Positions 63,901-64,000 of a stretch of 64,000 nt of DNA are shown here, piece after piece. A model generated the notes under the pieces. It saw only the letters and a list, made by a program, of their open reading frames with translations, was not told the DNA's origin and ran no database searches. Each line of letters starts with the position of its first letter. Position 1 is the stretch's first letter. The DNA is from Massalongia carnosa (Eukaryota). The DNA lies in NCBI GenBank assembly GCA_965645245.1, contig OZ287073.1, forward strand, positions 1,116,001 to 1,180,000, written 5' to 3'. Made by a program: the position numbers and the translations under genes.

Positions 63901-64000
63901 TGAGCGCGAGGACCATTTCGCAGTACCGAAAGCACCTAGATATGGCAATTGGAGTCCGCTTCCTACGTCGGTAGAACGTCGGAATGATAGTCTTGACCAA
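60981..64000 (+). mobile_element. 5' part of a Ty3/gypsy-like LTR retrotransposon (runs off the window)
   Basis: Candidate 5' LTR TGT...ACA at 60981-61330 (start uncertain). PBS-like TGGCGACCACG at 61333, followed by a gag-like ORF. Confidence 0.75.
61868..64000 (+). CDS. Gag-like polyprotein, 3'-incomplete (absent from the ORF track because it has no stop)
   Basis: Hand-translated open frame from ATG 61868 to the window end. MPQPGTPGTPFFQGKNVSEFLSRYE from ~62600, WFMQGLP, zinc knuckle CNYCGEKVLHDRRRDC at ~63488-63535. Confidence 0.8.
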   Translation, partial: MGPERYRIPARRLASVGNRETKRHGVDIKVASFPSDGRIAQPFHSTHSYNSYQTSYSPVDNTERESRAHCYNRQRLHTEAAPAPLHHRHFDLPPPYQTHTCPCLSYHCFEPTKQAPIGHSSAGETYTHHPVSHCHQYYCQPSSHIPTSDDKETTTSQLTKIVTNLIPLLEQLVISVRNTNEARTRTDSPAPPASRDSPSTIIPTTEGQPSHEAESTMTTPSSTSPESFGNRPAMSAGPFGFVMTMPQPGTPGTPFFQGKNVSEFLSRYEDMCEDYHVGNIERIRRLPRYCDMLIGQTIESLPDFVERRWTQLSKVMKKEYKAGDSIQQVNSRPFLESYKDKVRTSDDDVRNFCRKFGAISKALISQEKLDIYTRNQWFMQGLPADIREELFFRRGVDFDDNVMKDFDGLVKKTLTLVEARMKYKEVMRTEKSVTDKYSALADQFDKKIVLDGHENIMNSLSPPVADSTTVSLSKSTEKTIMDLTNKFDALVLATGAQMRPANQNSQQSQQSRNRSQSPHRQSSYDGQRQQHDHQYGSDESCNYCGEKVLHDRRRDCPDFDADQRNGVIHLNEKGLLCLGPMGTYSNPIRHLPGVTQKESIRRAKMLANQFSQAGQNAEVHTVRIGEDSADDFSSDEEWDPEVTIIEHTTSINSARTENNKPAEENWKEPAKRILKRRAEREDHFAVPKAPRYGNWSPLPTSVERRNDSLDQ

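Noticed and set aside
1..64000. tRNA, rRNA or snoRNA genes
   Set aside because: None recognised by eye; a covariance-model scan would be needed to exclude them.

Overview
Eukaryotic DNA from a filamentous ascomycete (short GT-AG introns with CTRAY branch points, Pezizomycotina-type proteins). A backbone of intron-containing housekeeping genes (GCN20, a PHD-finger protein, RCD1/CAF40, KIN1, a GPATCH1-like protein, WHI2, PEX20, SEC13, an F-box protein, a secreted PQQ-dependent dehydrogenase, VMA13, DIS3, a coiled-coil protein) is interrupted by four transposon islands. (i) 15.7-19.5 kb: an intact Tc1 element next to a Fot1/pogo element whose ~445-bp inverted repeats duplicate the 5' third of the transposase gene. 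(ii) 33.7-38.6 kb: a Tc1-like element abutting a MITE that holds a pogo element (itself carrying a solo LTR) and a 5'-truncated LINE. (iii) 44.4-54.9 kb: two near-identical, inverted, intron-containing piggyBac copies that appear to duplicate TA rather than TTAA, flanking a C2H2 zinc-finger gene. (iv) From ~61 kb: the 5' end of a Ty3/gypsy-like LTR element. The strongest leads are the long-IR Fot1 element with an antisense ORF for its DNA-binding domain, the TA-flanked piggyBac, and a probable non-AUG N-terminal extension of Whi2. Gene identities come from recognised motifs, not database searches, and exon boundaries were read by eye.
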